Part shown: positions 54,338 through 63,662 of the stretch, one piece after another | Numbering within the stretch: position 1 is the stretch's first letter | Layout of the letters: every line of letters starts with the position of its first letter | Notes under the pieces: model-generated | Told to the model about the DNA's origin: nothing | Database searches by the model: none | The model's input: the letters and a program-made list of their open reading frames with translations, nothing else | From: a bacterium | GTDB lineage: Bacteria > UBA8248 | Assembly (NCBI GenBank): GCA_965202625.1 | Contig: CBDBBI010000010.1 | Span: 768,001-832,000 of the forward strand | Length of the DNA stretch: 64,000 bases | Direction of reading: 5' to 3' | Program-made: the position numbers and the translations under genes

Positions 54338-54534
54338 TCGCCCGCCGCAGTTAGGGCAAACATTCGCGCTGTCAGCCTCATCTTCCGCAAATGTCGCATT
54401 TCATCCAAGCCATCGCCGCCACTCACTCATATTCTCATTCTTCAGGCGTCAAGTTTGCGAAAAACGCGCCCCGCCCGCAAGGGGGCGAGACGTTTTATCG
54501 AAGTGCTCCGTCACGTTCTGGAACGTCGGTCGAT

Positions 54535-56460
54535 TCAGCCGATGCGGCCCCCATCGTCGCGCGTGATGGCGATCACGGCTGAACGGGGAACCGCGTCACC
54601 GCCGTCGGGGAAGTGACTATCGCCTCCCTTCTCGCCTGGATGCTGGATGCCCACGAACATGGTCTTACCGTCCGCACTCCACTCGATTCCAGTAACCTCG
54701 CATTGCCTGGGTCCCACCATGAAGCGGCGAATCTCGCCCGACTCAGGATCGCCTACGAGCATCTGGTTGTTGCCCTGGCCCGCGAATCCCTTCGCGTTGG
54801 AGTATTCTCCGTCGGTCTGTATCCACAACATGCCGTTGCCGTCGAACGCGAGACCGTCGGGCGAGTTGAACATGTTGTCCGCGTTGACGTTCGCCGAACC
54901 CGCGTTAGTCCCCTCGTGGACGGCGGGGTTGCCCGCGATCACGTACAAATCCCAAGAGAAGGCGGCGGAGAGGTGATCGCCCCTATCCGGCGTCCAGCGC
55001 ACGATCTGGCCGTAGGAATTGTTCGCACGCGGATTCGGGCCGCCGACCGGAATCGGATCTCCGCCCTTATTGGGCTTTCTGCCCCGGTTCTTATTGTTGG
55101 TGAGACAGCAATAAACCTCGGCCCTCTTCGGGTGCGCCGCTACCCATTCGGCGCGATCCATGGTAGTCGCCTTCACCGCCGAGGCCGCCATGCGGGTGTG
55201 AACGCAAATTTCAGATTGCGAGGCCATGCCCGTGGATTCCGGCGTCAGCACCATCCACTCGCCCCGGCCGTCATCGGCGAACTTCGCCGCGAACAGCTTG
55301 CCCGCATGCAGAAGGTCGGTGTTCTTTCCACCCTCGGCGTAGCGCCCATCGCTCACGAACTTGTAGATGAACTCGCCGCGCTCGTCGTCGCCCATATAGA
55401 CGACCACCTGTCCGTTGGCGGCGAGCACGACCTCGGCGTTCTCGTGCTTGAAACGTCCCAGGGCGGTGCGCTTCTTGGGCGTCGCTTGAGGGTCCAGAGG
55501 GTCTATCTCGACGATGTAGCCCGCGCGGTTCGGCTCGTTGGGGTGCCTGGAGACGTCGAAGCGCGCGTCCGTCGTCTCCCAGGCGTATCCCCGCCCCTTG
55601 GGGCCAACGCCGTAGCGCCTGAACGCGGGACCGACCTCGACTTCCGGATCGCTCGATGCGAAATAGCCGTGAAAATTCTCCTCGCAGGAGAGATAGGTGC
55701 CCCACGGAGTGCGGCAGCCCCCGCAGTTGTTCCAGGTGCCGAGGCTGCGGACGCCTTCGGGGTCGGCGGCCGTCTTGAGGAGATCGTGCCCGCGCGCCGG
55801 CCCGGTGATCTCCATCGGAGTATCGGGCGTGATCTTGCGGTTGTAAGGCGAATCCTTAACGATCGACCATCGCCCGCCCTTCTGGACGATTTCCAGGATC
55901 GACACCCCGTGCGCGGCCTTGCCCTTGCGGACGTCATCGGCGGTTTGGGGCCGACCTCCCCCCTCCCCGCCGTATATGACGTCGAGATTCACGTATTCGT
56001 TGTTGACGGCGAGAACGTTCCTATCGCCCGCCCTGAACAGCGCCATCCCGTCGTTGTTGTCGCCAAAGGCGAGCTCCTGGATCGCTCCAGTGCCGCGCGT
56101 CGCCTGGTCGAACTCGGGCCCGCGCGCCCACATCGGATCCCCCCACCGCACGACCACGTGCCAGCCATACCCCTTCGGAACGGTGAGCGTGTCGAGATCG
56201 TTGGCGGGGACGGCCTCGAACCCGAACTGATCAGAACCAGCGAGGGCGGAGAGGGAGCCGACTCCTCCGGTGCTCATGACGAATGGCGTCGCGGCAAGGG
56301 CGGCACTCCGGCACAGAAACCCGCGCCGCGACATCATCCTCTCGGCGAGTCTCTCGAAGTCGCTCTCCTCCGAACGCGGATGGTGGAACTCGTCGAACGC
56401 ATTCGGGGATCGTTCGCACTCTGTGGCGATTTGCGCGTCCAACGCTCCTTTCTTCCGCAT
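54535..56460 (-). CDS. phoX: PhoX-family alkaline phosphatase, Tat-exported
   Basis: SRRGFL signal, GDNNDGM, NNCGG..TPWGTYLSCEEN, LGRFKHE, MDRAEW, PDGL and CEVTG motifs. Confidence 0.95.
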   Translation of the reverse strand: MRKKGALDAQIATECERSPNAFDEFHHPRSEESDFERLAERMMSRRGFLCRSAALAATPFVMSTGGVGSLSALAGSDQFGFEAVPANDLDTLTVPKGYGWHVVVRWGDPMWARGPEFDQATRGTGAIQELAFGDNNDGMALFRAGDRNVLAVNNEYVNLDVIYGGEGGGRPQTADDVRKGKAAHGVSILEIVQKGGRWSIVKDSPYNRKITPDTPMEITGPARGHDLLKTAADPEGVRSLGTWNNCGGCRTPWGTYLSCEENFHGYFASSDPEVEVGPAFRRYGVGPKGRGYAWETTDARFDVSRHPNEPNRAGYIVEIDPLDPQATPKKRTALGRFKHENAEVVLAANGQVVVYMGDDERGEFIYKFVSDGRYAEGGKNTDLLHAGKLFAAKFADDGRGEWMVLTPESTGMASQSEICVHTRMAASAVKATTMDRAEWVAAHPKRAEVYCCLTNNKNRGRKPNKGGDPIPVGGPNPRANNSYGQIVRWTPDRGDHLSAAFSWDLYVIAGNPAVHEGTNAGSANVNADNMFNSPDGLAFDGNGMLWIQTDGEYSNAKGFAGQGNNQMLVGDPESGEIRRFMVGPRQCEVTGIEWSADGKTMFVGIQHPGEKGGDSHFPDGGDAVPRSAVIAITRDDGGRIG

Positions 56461-56563
56461 TCCTCCCCCCCAAGGCGTGAAATTCCCGTAAAGGCGCTGA
56501 CTCCCCCGAATGCGGAAGCGAGTGTTGACACGCGCTATTCTAGATGGAAAGCATCACGTCCAC

Positions 56564-56592
56564 GTTACAAAATGGTGAAAAGCGCGTAAAAT
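56564..56592 (-). promoter_or_regulatory. Pho-box-like 11-nt direct repeats upstream of phoX
   Basis: ATTTTAC-gcgc-TTTTCAC-catt-TTGTAAC on the minus strand. Confidence 0.4.
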
Positions 56593-56746
56593 ACGTTCTG
56601 CGGCAGCATCTTGGGCGCGAGCGTTTCGTACGAGAAACTTCCGTCTCCGCTTTCCAAGACGACGCGCGGCTTGTAGATTGACACGCACGACACAGAACGC
56701 GCGCGGCGCCCCGCCGACGAGAGTGCCTCGTCTGCCTGAGAACCGA

Positions 56747-57631
56747 ATGAACCCCCAGCTCATCGCCGCATCCTACGCCATGTCCACCGCCGTGGTCTTC
56801 GCCACCTTCAGCGTATTCATCCGCAAGGGCGGAGAGCACGCCAACGCGCTGACGGGCGTATTCATCGGCATGTGCGCCTCCCTGCCCGTGATGCTCGCTC
56901 TCACCTGGCATCACTGGGAACCTGAATGGTGGAGCCCCCCCGCGTTTTTCTTCTTCACTCTGGCGGGACTGGCGGGGCCGGCAACCTCGCGCGTCCTGTT
57001 GTATTTGAGCATCTCCTATCTCGGAGTCGCGCGCGCCATGCCCTTCAACTCGCTGACTCCCTTGTTCTCCACTTCGCTCGCCATCACCTTCCTCGGCGAG
57101 AGGCCGGGGGGGCTCATTCTGGCCGGCACGCTCTTCATCGTCCTCGGCGGCGCGGCGCTCACCTACAAGAGGACGGACGACGCCACATGGCGGCGAAAGC
57201 ACCTCTGGCTCGCCCTGGGGAGCAGCGTCGCCGCCGCGATCTCGTTCCTGTTCCGAAAACTCGCCTTCGCCCACGCGACGGCCCCGCTCATGGGCGCCAC
57301 CCTCTCCACGCTGGCGGGCTTCATTTTTCTCATCGCCTTCGTTCCGCTCTTTCCGAAAGAGCAGAAACCGAATCAGTTCCGCCGGCCCAAAGCCTGGCTC
57401 ATCTTCGGCTTCTGCGGGCTGCTCAACGCGCTGGGCTTCATCCTGCACTTCACCGCCATCAGCATCGGCGACCTTTCGATCGTGGCCCCGCTCACCTCGA
57501 CGGCACCCATATTCAGCCTCATCATGAGCTACTTCATGCTTCGGCGCATGGAGCGCATCACGCCCGCCATCATCCTCGGCACGGCCTGCATGGTGATCGG
57601 CGCCACCCTCATCGGCTGGCGCGTCCGCTGA
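56747..57631 (+). CDS. DMT/EamA family transporter
   Basis: LGVARA.P, FLGERPG and SIVAPL motifs; about 10 TM. Confidence 0.9.
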   Translation: MNPQLIAASYAMSTAVVFATFSVFIRKGGEHANALTGVFIGMCASLPVMLALTWHHWEPEWWSPPAFFFFTLAGLAGPATSRVLLYLSISYLGVARAMPFNSLTPLFSTSLAITFLGERPGGLILAGTLFIVLGGAALTYKRTDDATWRRKHLWLALGSSVAAAISFLFRKLAFAHATAPLMGATLSTLAGFIFLIAFVPLFPKEQKPNQFRRPKAWLIFGFCGLLNALGFILHFTAISIGDLSIVAPLTSTAPIFSLIMSYFMLRRMERITPAIILGTACMVIGATLIGWRVR

Positions 57632-57760
57632 GAAAACGAAGCGCAAGAGAAGCGCCATAAAGCGTCGCGCAAGGACAACCGCGCGGGGTCTTACAGACGA
57701 GAAGCGCACGGAGGGAAAACAGGCATCGCGTGAACGACGGAATTTCCGCTATAATAGCGT

Positions 57761-59077
57761 ATGCGGGACGCCCATGACGAAGCGCGCCTCGCACCTCCGC
57801 CCCCGCGCACGGGGAGAGCGGAACCGGAGGATAAGGAGGATCGCCGAATGCTGTTTCGATTCTCTCTGTATGGCTTCCTTAAAAACCAGACGTATTTCGA
57901 GCCTTTTCTTCTCCTCGCCTTTCTGGAGAAAGACCTCTCCTTCTTCCAGATCGGCCTCCTCGTCGGCTTCCGTGAGGCGTGCATCAACGTCTTCGAGATT
58001 CCCAGCGGCGCGGTGGCCGACCTATACGGCAGAAGGCGCTCAATGATTTTCTCGTTCCTCGCCTACATCGCCTCTTTTCTCGCCTTCGCCTACTCATCCG
58101 CCTTCTCCACCCTGCTCCTCGCCATGCTCGCCTTCGCCCTCGGCGATTCGTTCCGCACCGGAACGCACAAGGCGATGATCTTCGAGTGGCTGCGCATTCA
58201 GGGCCGGGAGGAGGAGCGCACCCGCGTCTACGGGTTCACGCGCTCATGGTCGAAGATGGGATCGGCCGTCTCGGTCGTGATCGCCAGCGCGTTCGTATTC
58301 ACGGGAGCGCGCTACAGCAACATCTTCCTCCTCGCCGTCATCCCCTACGCGATAAACATCGTGAACTTCATGGGCTACCCGCGCGCCCTCGACGGGACGC
58401 GTGCACCGGACGCAAAAATTCCGAGCGTCTGGGGGCATCTGAAGACCTCCATGCGCATGGCATTATCCGACAAGCCCCTGCGCGGCGTCCTCATCGAGTC
58501 GATGGGCTACGAGGGCACCTACAAAATCGCTAAAGACTACATTCAGCCCGTCATCCAGCAGGCCGCCCTGGGTCTCACCCTGCTCGCCGCCTGGCAGCAG
58601 CAACAGCGCGTGGCACTACTGGTGGGCGTCGTCTATTTCGTCCTGCATCTGCTCTCCAGCTTCGCCTCGCGCGGGGGGCACCGCCTCGTCCGGGCGGTCG
58701 GCTCCGAGGAGGCCGCTTCGAATGCGCTCTGGGGCGTCACCTCCTGCGTCTACGCCGTCCTCGCATGGGGGCTTTGGGCGGGCTGGGAGTCGGTCGCGAT
58801 CGCGGGCTTCGTCGTCCTGGCCGTGCTGCAAAACTTCTGGCGTCCCGTGCTGATGAGCCGCATCGACGCCCACAGCACGCCCGAGGCGGGCGCCACGATC
58901 TTGTCCGTGGAGACGCAAAGCAAATCCCTCCTCGCCATGGGGCTGGCGCCTCTCATCGGCTTCTGCGTGGACGCCTTCGGCCTGGTGGGGATAGGAGTGG
59001 TCGGAACGCTTCTCACCCTGCCCTTCGCCCTGTCGAGCCTCAGGGGTCCGCGCCCCAGAGCACTGCCCCATCCATAG
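57761..59077 (+). CDS. MFS transporter
   Basis: EIPSGAVADLYGRRRS and FRTGTHKAMI motifs. Confidence 0.9.
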   Translation: MRDAHDEARLAPPPPRTGRAEPEDKEDRRMLFRFSLYGFLKNQTYFEPFLLLAFLEKDLSFFQIGLLVGFREACINVFEIPSGAVADLYGRRRSMIFSFLAYIASFLAFAYSSAFSTLLLAMLAFALGDSFRTGTHKAMIFEWLRIQGREEERTRVYGFTRSWSKMGSAVSVVIASAFVFTGARYSNIFLLAVIPYAINIVNFMGYPRALDGTRAPDAKIPSVWGHLKTSMRMALSDKPLRGVLIESMGYEGTYKIAKDYIQPVIQQAALGLTLLAAWQQQQRVALLVGVVYFVLHLLSSFASRGGHRLVRAVGSEEAASNALWGVTSCVYAVLAWGLWAGWESVAIAGFVVLAVLQNFWRPVLMSRIDAHSTPEAGATILSVETQSKSLLAMGLAPLIGFCVDAFGLVGIGVVGTLLTLPFALSSLRGPRPRALPHP

Positions 59078-59138
59078 GCGGAGGGGATGGAGAAGCATAC
59101 CGCCTCCCAAAAACCTTCGATTGGAGGAATATACGGAC

Positions 59139-59876
59139 ATGAGCAGCCTGTTTGCCGGGACGCGCGACATGGAGGACGTCGGGGAAATATACGACCAAAT
59201 GAAGGCCAACTGCCCCCATCCCTCCTCTAATTCCAAAAGTCTTTGGAAGCTGCGGCGCGCAACCTATATTTGCGCTAGCAGTCCGAAGAAGGAGACCATG
59301 CTCGAGAAAGCCGTCGCCATGCTGGCGGACAACTGCCACATGCCCACATGGTTTAACCAGTGCCCAACGGCTTCGGGAATCACCGACTCATCCAGAAACA
59401 AGAAAAGCAGCGTCGATCTCGTTCACTGGAACGAATCAACCAAACATGCGCGCCTGGTCGAGCTGAAATGGGAGAGCAACGATCCGCTTTACGCGCTATG
59501 CGAAGTTCTTCAATACGGCGCCGCCTACGTCTTCTGTCGGGCGCACAGAGGCAAACTGCCTCTTCAAGACCGGCCTTTGATGGACGCCCGACACGTCGCG
59601 CTCGAGGTCGCCGCACCCGCGCACTACTATGATGGCTGTGAAGTGAAAGTGAAAAACGCGCTCGCGCAGATGCGAGCACACCTTGATGCGTTCGACGTCG
59701 GCTCCCGAATCGACGGACTGACAATGTCTTTGGACGCGCTGCAATTTCCAGAACATTTCCGGCAACTGCCATTCAAGAACGGGCAAGAGGTGAAGCAAAA
59801 ATGCGGCTCTCCCCGCTTGACCCCCGAAGGACAGAAAATCCGCGGCGCGTTCTACCAGCTGACTCCCGTCGCGTGA
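59139..59876 (+). CDS. Hypothetical protein with a PD-(D/E)XK-like nuclease motif
   Basis: GGAGG RBS; VDLVHW...LVELKW...EVLQYG. Confidence 0.6.
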   Translation: MSSLFAGTRDMEDVGEIYDQMKANCPHPSSNSKSLWKLRRATYICASSPKKETMLEKAVAMLADNCHMPTWFNQCPTASGITDSSRNKKSSVDLVHWNESTKHARLVELKWESNDPLYALCEVLQYGAAYVFCRAHRGKLPLQDRPLMDARHVALEVAAPAHYYDGCEVKVKNALAQMRAHLDAFDVGSRIDGLTMSLDALQFPEHFRQLPFKNGQEVKQKCGSPRLTPEGQKIRGAFYQLTPVA

Positions 59877-60183
59877 GAGGAACAGCAGAAGCGGCTCTGC
59901 GGATGGCGGCGGTTCCCGCATCCGCATCTGCGCCACTCCGGCCTCGCCGTTTGACGAGTGCGGGCACAGCCCCTAACATGACGCCATCATGGGCCCATCA
60001 GGGGTGCCGAGGCATGAGAATCGCTTGACGCCCTGAGCCGCACCGGGACGTTTAACGGGCGCACCCTGAATCGCCTCAATTCCGGCTTCTCTTGACGCCC
60101 GACCCACTTTCATAAGACAAAGTTCTCCCATGATCGCATCGTCTTGAAGCGCCCTGCGGGCCGCACTCACGAGGGAGGAGATC

Positions 60184-61338
60184 GTGACCAACGCCGAGAA
60201 TCGCGACGCGCTTTCCATCACCCTCGGAATCGAAGAGGAACTCTTTCTCACCGATCCCGAATCCCGCGCCCTCATCGCCGACCCTTCCCCCGCCATACTG
60301 GAACAATGCGAGCGGAGAAGCGGACCGCACAGGGTCGTGCCCGAATTCCTCCGCTCCGAGCTCGAGACCAACACCCGGGTGTGCGGGTCGGTGGCCGAGA
60401 CGCGCGAGGCGCTGCTTGAGACTCGGCGCATCGTCATTGAGGCGGCCGAGGCGCACGGAGCCGTGCCAATGGCCGCCTCCATCCATCCTTTCGCGGCGTG
60501 GGAGGCGCAGGTGGTCACGGCGAAGGAGCGCTACGAGCAGTTCGTGATCACCTACCAGGAGAGCATGCGGCGGGTTATGCTCGGCGCGATGCACATCCAG
60601 GCCGGCTTCGGCGATCCGGAGTCGCGGATTCGAATCATGACCGCAGTGCGGCGGCACCTGCCCCTGTTCCACGCCCTCTCCACTTCCTCGCCGTTCCACG
60701 CCGGCAGCGAGACGGGCTTCAAGTCCTGGCGACTCAACCTCCTTGGCGTGCTGCCGCGCACCGGCGTTCCCGGCCCGATACGCACCCGGGCGGAATACGA
60801 CCGCATCGTCTCCGGCTACCAGAAGATGAACATCATCAAGAACGACAGCGAGCTGTGGTGGGACATTCGCCCCTCCCACGCCTACCCGACGGTGGAGTTG
60901 CGGATATGCGACGTCTGCACGCGGGTCGAGGACACCATGAGCATCGTGGCACTCTATGCCTCCCTCCTCCGGCGACTGATGCGCCAGGACCGCGAGGGCG
61001 CGCTGCCGCCCGACCCGCCAACGGAGCTCATCGCCGAGAACCGCTGGCTCGCCCAGCGATACGGCGTCCTCGCCTTTCTGGGCGACACCGAGCGCGGCGG
61101 GCGGGTGGACATCGCCGACTACGCGGCGGAGCTCGTGGAGGAGCTCGCCCCCGACGCCCGCGCACTGGGCTGCGAAGCCGAAATCCGCCGCGTGAATACC
61201 ATCATCCGGGAAGGCACGAGCGCCGATCGGCAGGTGGACCTCTATCGCCTGCGCCGCCTGGAGGGCGACACCCAAGAGGAGGCAATGCGGCGCGTGGTGG
61301 ACATGGTGACCGCCGAAACCCGGAAGGGGGTCGCTTGA
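60184..61338 (+). CDS. ybdK: Carboxylate-amine ligase / glutamate--cysteine ligase (GCS2 family)
   Basis: TLGIEEE, HPF, ALSTSSPF, PRTG.P, LWWDIRP...PTVELRICD and ENRWLAQRYG motifs. Confidence 0.92.
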   Translation: MTNAENRDALSITLGIEEELFLTDPESRALIADPSPAILEQCERRSGPHRVVPEFLRSELETNTRVCGSVAETREALLETRRIVIEAAEAHGAVPMAASIHPFAAWEAQVVTAKERYEQFVITYQESMRRVMLGAMHIQAGFGDPESRIRIMTAVRRHLPLFHALSTSSPFHAGSETGFKSWRLNLLGVLPRTGVPGPIRTRAEYDRIVSGYQKMNIIKNDSELWWDIRPSHAYPTVELRICDVCTRVEDTMSIVALYASLLRRLMRQDREGALPPDPPTELIAENRWLAQRYGVLAFLGDTERGGRVDIADYAAELVEELAPDARALGCEAEIRRVNTIIREGTSADRQVDLYRLRRLEGDTQEEAMRRVVDMVTAETRKGVA

Positions 61339-61391
61339 ACGCCGGCCCATCAGGGGCGCGCGGCGGGCTGGACGACAGAAAAAGCGTCGCC
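61237..61391 (+). repeat. Direct repeat copy 1 (ybdK 3' end plus about 50 nt downstream)
   Basis: gacctctatcgcctgcg...gcgtggtggacatggtgaccgccgaaacccggaagggggtcgcttgaacgccggcccatcagg... recurs at 63547. Confidence 0.9.
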
Positions 61392-61705
61392 CGCTAGAGA
61401 TATGAACGCGCGCAAGCGATGAAATCCACGCCGCCTACGGGTTCGACGAAAGCGGCCAGCGAACCTCTCCTGAAACCTTCACAGCCGCGCATCCCGACAT
61501 TAAGAGCGCGACGGACGCGGACGCCCTCGCCGCCATCACGCTCGACGACCTGCTTTGAGCGGCTTTTTCAACGCCCTTGCACGGCCGTTTTCCAAGCCGC
61601 CTATGCCCCCAAAAATCCGCCGTTTTCCCAAGCCATTCGCAATTATTTTTGTCCGGCTACAATGACAAACCACCTGTCCTGGAGGACAAGGACGGAAGGC
61701 GGCAG

Positions 61706-61735
61706 TTGACAAATTTATGGGGCGTTTCCGATAAT
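61706..61735 (+). promoter_or_regulatory. Candidate promoter of Cys-rich paralog 1
   Basis: TTGACA-N18-GATAAT; homologous to 62648-62677. Confidence 0.5.
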
Positions 61736-61798
61736 TGCGGGCGTGAATTTGGTGGTTCGCTGTTTGTTGGTCTTTTCCCTTTTTCGAGAGAAGCAGAC

Positions 61799-62554
61799 AT
61801 GATTTCCAGAATTTTTCGTTTATGCCTGGCGTTGGCGACAGGGGTGATTCTCGCGTTCGCCGGCGTTCCGGATGCCATAGCCAAATGCGGCGGGGAAACC
61901 AGAATCCGCAACCTCGTCGCCTTTCTCAATTGCGACCCCACCGGCATTTCCTACAAAAAGATCTCCCGGGCGATGGACAAAGACATCGACAAAATTTGTC
62001 GGAAGGCTTGTTCCAATATCAAAAATTTTAACGACCAAAAAAATTGTCAAAGGGAATATCTCAAGGTGATTGATCGCCATCAAAGAGCCGTGAAAAGATA
62101 TGCCAGAAGCAAAGGTTGCAAATTCAGGGGCAAATACTTCGAGGCGGAATTCAAAGCGGCGGGGGGGAAACGGACGGGAAGCACGATGCTCAAAGGCTGC
62201 AAGACCGTCGGCAATTGGAAGAGAACCGTCTACAGGCCGTCGGCCGAGGCCCGCTCTCGCTGCGACTTTCTCGTCAAAGACGCCATTATTTGTGCAATTG
62301 TACTGTCGTGCGAAGCCCATTCGGAACTCCATAAAATGCACCCGAAGCAACTGGCTGACCTCGGTGCCTTTGAGGCGAACGGCTACTGTCTGGCCAATCA
62401 AGAGACGGGAGACTGCCCTTCCGTTAGGAAGTGTGTAAAGGGCAAAACTATTGACGGCGGTCAAAAATACTCCAAAAACTACAGAAAACGGGGGATCAAG
62501 GGGCAGAGCCTAGAGGAACAAGAAGGGCCCTCGCCTTCCATTAGAGTAGAATGA
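61799..62554 (+). CDS. Secreted, basic, cysteine-rich hypothetical protein (paralog 1, 251 aa)
   Basis: Signal peptide MISRIFRLCLALATGVILAFAGVPDAIA; 13 Cys in the mature region. The start was fixed by alignment to paralog 2. Confidence 0.85.
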   Translation: MISRIFRLCLALATGVILAFAGVPDAIAKCGGETRIRNLVAFLNCDPTGISYKKISRAMDKDIDKICRKACSNIKNFNDQKNCQREYLKVIDRHQRAVKRYARSKGCKFRGKYFEAEFKAAGGKRTGSTMLKGCKTVGNWKRTVYRPSAEARSRCDFLVKDAIICAIVLSCEAHSELHKMHPKQLADLGAFEANGYCLANQETGDCPSVRKCVKGKTIDGGQKYSKNYRKRGIKGQSLEEQEGPSPSIRVE

Positions 62555-62647
62555 AGCCATCGACCACCACCCTTTCCGGGGGCGGCCTCCCCTTTGTTCC
62601 ATTTGCCGAAGTCGGGTTTTAGGGAGACCGTCGGTGGCATTTTGCCG

Positions 62648-62677
62648 TTGACGAATTTGCGGGATGTTTCGTATAAG
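62648..62677 (+). promoter_or_regulatory. Candidate promoter of Cys-rich paralog 2
   Basis: TTGACG-N18-TATAAG. Confidence 0.5.
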
Positions 62678-62759
62678 CAAGGGTATGGGGTCGGTCGTTC
62701 CCTGTTCGTTTGCGCAAACCTGACAACCCGATAGACGTCTTGACCGGAGAGAAGCAGAC

Positions 62760-63485
62760 ATGATTTCCAGAATTTTTCGTTTGTGCCTGGCGTTGGCGAC
62801 AGGGGTGATTCTCGCGTTCGCCGGCGCTCCGGATGCCATAGCCAAATGCGGCGGCGAAACCAAAATCGGCAACCTCGTCGCCTTCCTCGATTGCGACCCG
62901 GGCGGCATTTCCTACAAAAAGATCTCCCGGGCGATGGACCAAGACGTGGATAAAATTTGCCGCAGGGCCTGCTCCAACGCCAGAAGCGCCAAATGTCGCA
63001 AGGAATACCTCGGCTTAATTGATCGCCATCAAAGCGCCGTAAAAAGATATGCCCGCAACAAAGGCTGCAAATTCAGGAGCGAATATTTCGAGGGGCAATT
63101 CAAAGAGGCGGGGGGGCGGGCAAAAAGCGCCATGTTTAAAAAATGCAAGACCATCGGCAACTGGAAGAGAGTCGTCTACAAACCCTCCGCCGCGGCCCGC
63201 TCCCACTGTGAATTTCTTATGAAAGACGCCGTCCTTTGTGAAATCAAAATGTGGTGCAATGGCTATTCCGAGTTTCACAAAAAATATGATAAGGATTTCT
63301 CCTTGGTTCTTGATATGACCGTCTCCTGTCTGGCCGATGAGGGCACCCGGGAGTGCCCTTCCGTCAGGGAGTGCGTAGAGAGTGAGCGGGTCGGCGGCCA
63401 AAACTACTCCAAAAACTACAAAAGACTGGGGGTCAAAGGGGAGGTCCTGGAGGAACAAAAGGGGCCTTCCAGCAGATCCAAATAA
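62760..63485 (+). CDS. Secreted, basic, cysteine-rich hypothetical protein (paralog 2, 241 aa)
   Basis: Near-identical signal peptide; all 13 mature Cys align with paralog 1. Confidence 0.85.
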   Translation: MISRIFRLCLALATGVILAFAGAPDAIAKCGGETKIGNLVAFLDCDPGGISYKKISRAMDQDVDKICRRACSNARSAKCRKEYLGLIDRHQSAVKRYARNKGCKFRSEYFEGQFKEAGGRAKSAMFKKCKTIGNWKRVVYKPSAAARSHCEFLMKDAVLCEIKMWCNGYSEFHKKYDKDFSLVLDMTVSCLADEGTRECPSVRECVESERVGGQNYSKNYKRLGVKGEVLEEQKGPSSRSK

Positions 63486-63546
63486 CCCGTCGAATCGCTC
63501 CATTTAACCACCCGCTTCCACCCCCGCCGGCCGCTTATTAGAAATA

Positions 63547-63662
63547 GACCTCTATCACCTGCGGGGCGTGGTGGACATGGTGATCGCCGAAACCCGGAAG
63601 GGGGTCGCTTGAACGTCGGCCCATCAGGCGCGCGCGGCTGGACGGCAGAGAAAACGTCGCCG
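63547..63662 (+). repeat. Direct repeat copy 2 (degenerate ybdK 3' end with a 36-nt internal deletion)
   Basis: gacctctatcacctgcg|gggcgtggtggacatggtgatcgccgaaacccggaagggggtcgcttgaacgtcggcccatcagg. Confidence 0.9.

Noticed and set aside
54613-56589. 658-aa plus-strand ORF
   Set aside because: Antisense shadow of high-GC phoX; no motifs.
56540-57709. 389-aa minus-strand ORF
   Set aside because: Antisense to a clear EamA transporter.
59877-60180. Integron attC-like site after the nuclease gene
   Set aside because: A hairpin is present, but there are no properly paired RYYYAAC/GTTRRRY boxes and no integron integrase.
60076-61397. 424-aa minus-strand and 299-aa alternative-frame ORFs over ybdK
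   Set aside because: Shadow frames expected at high GC3.
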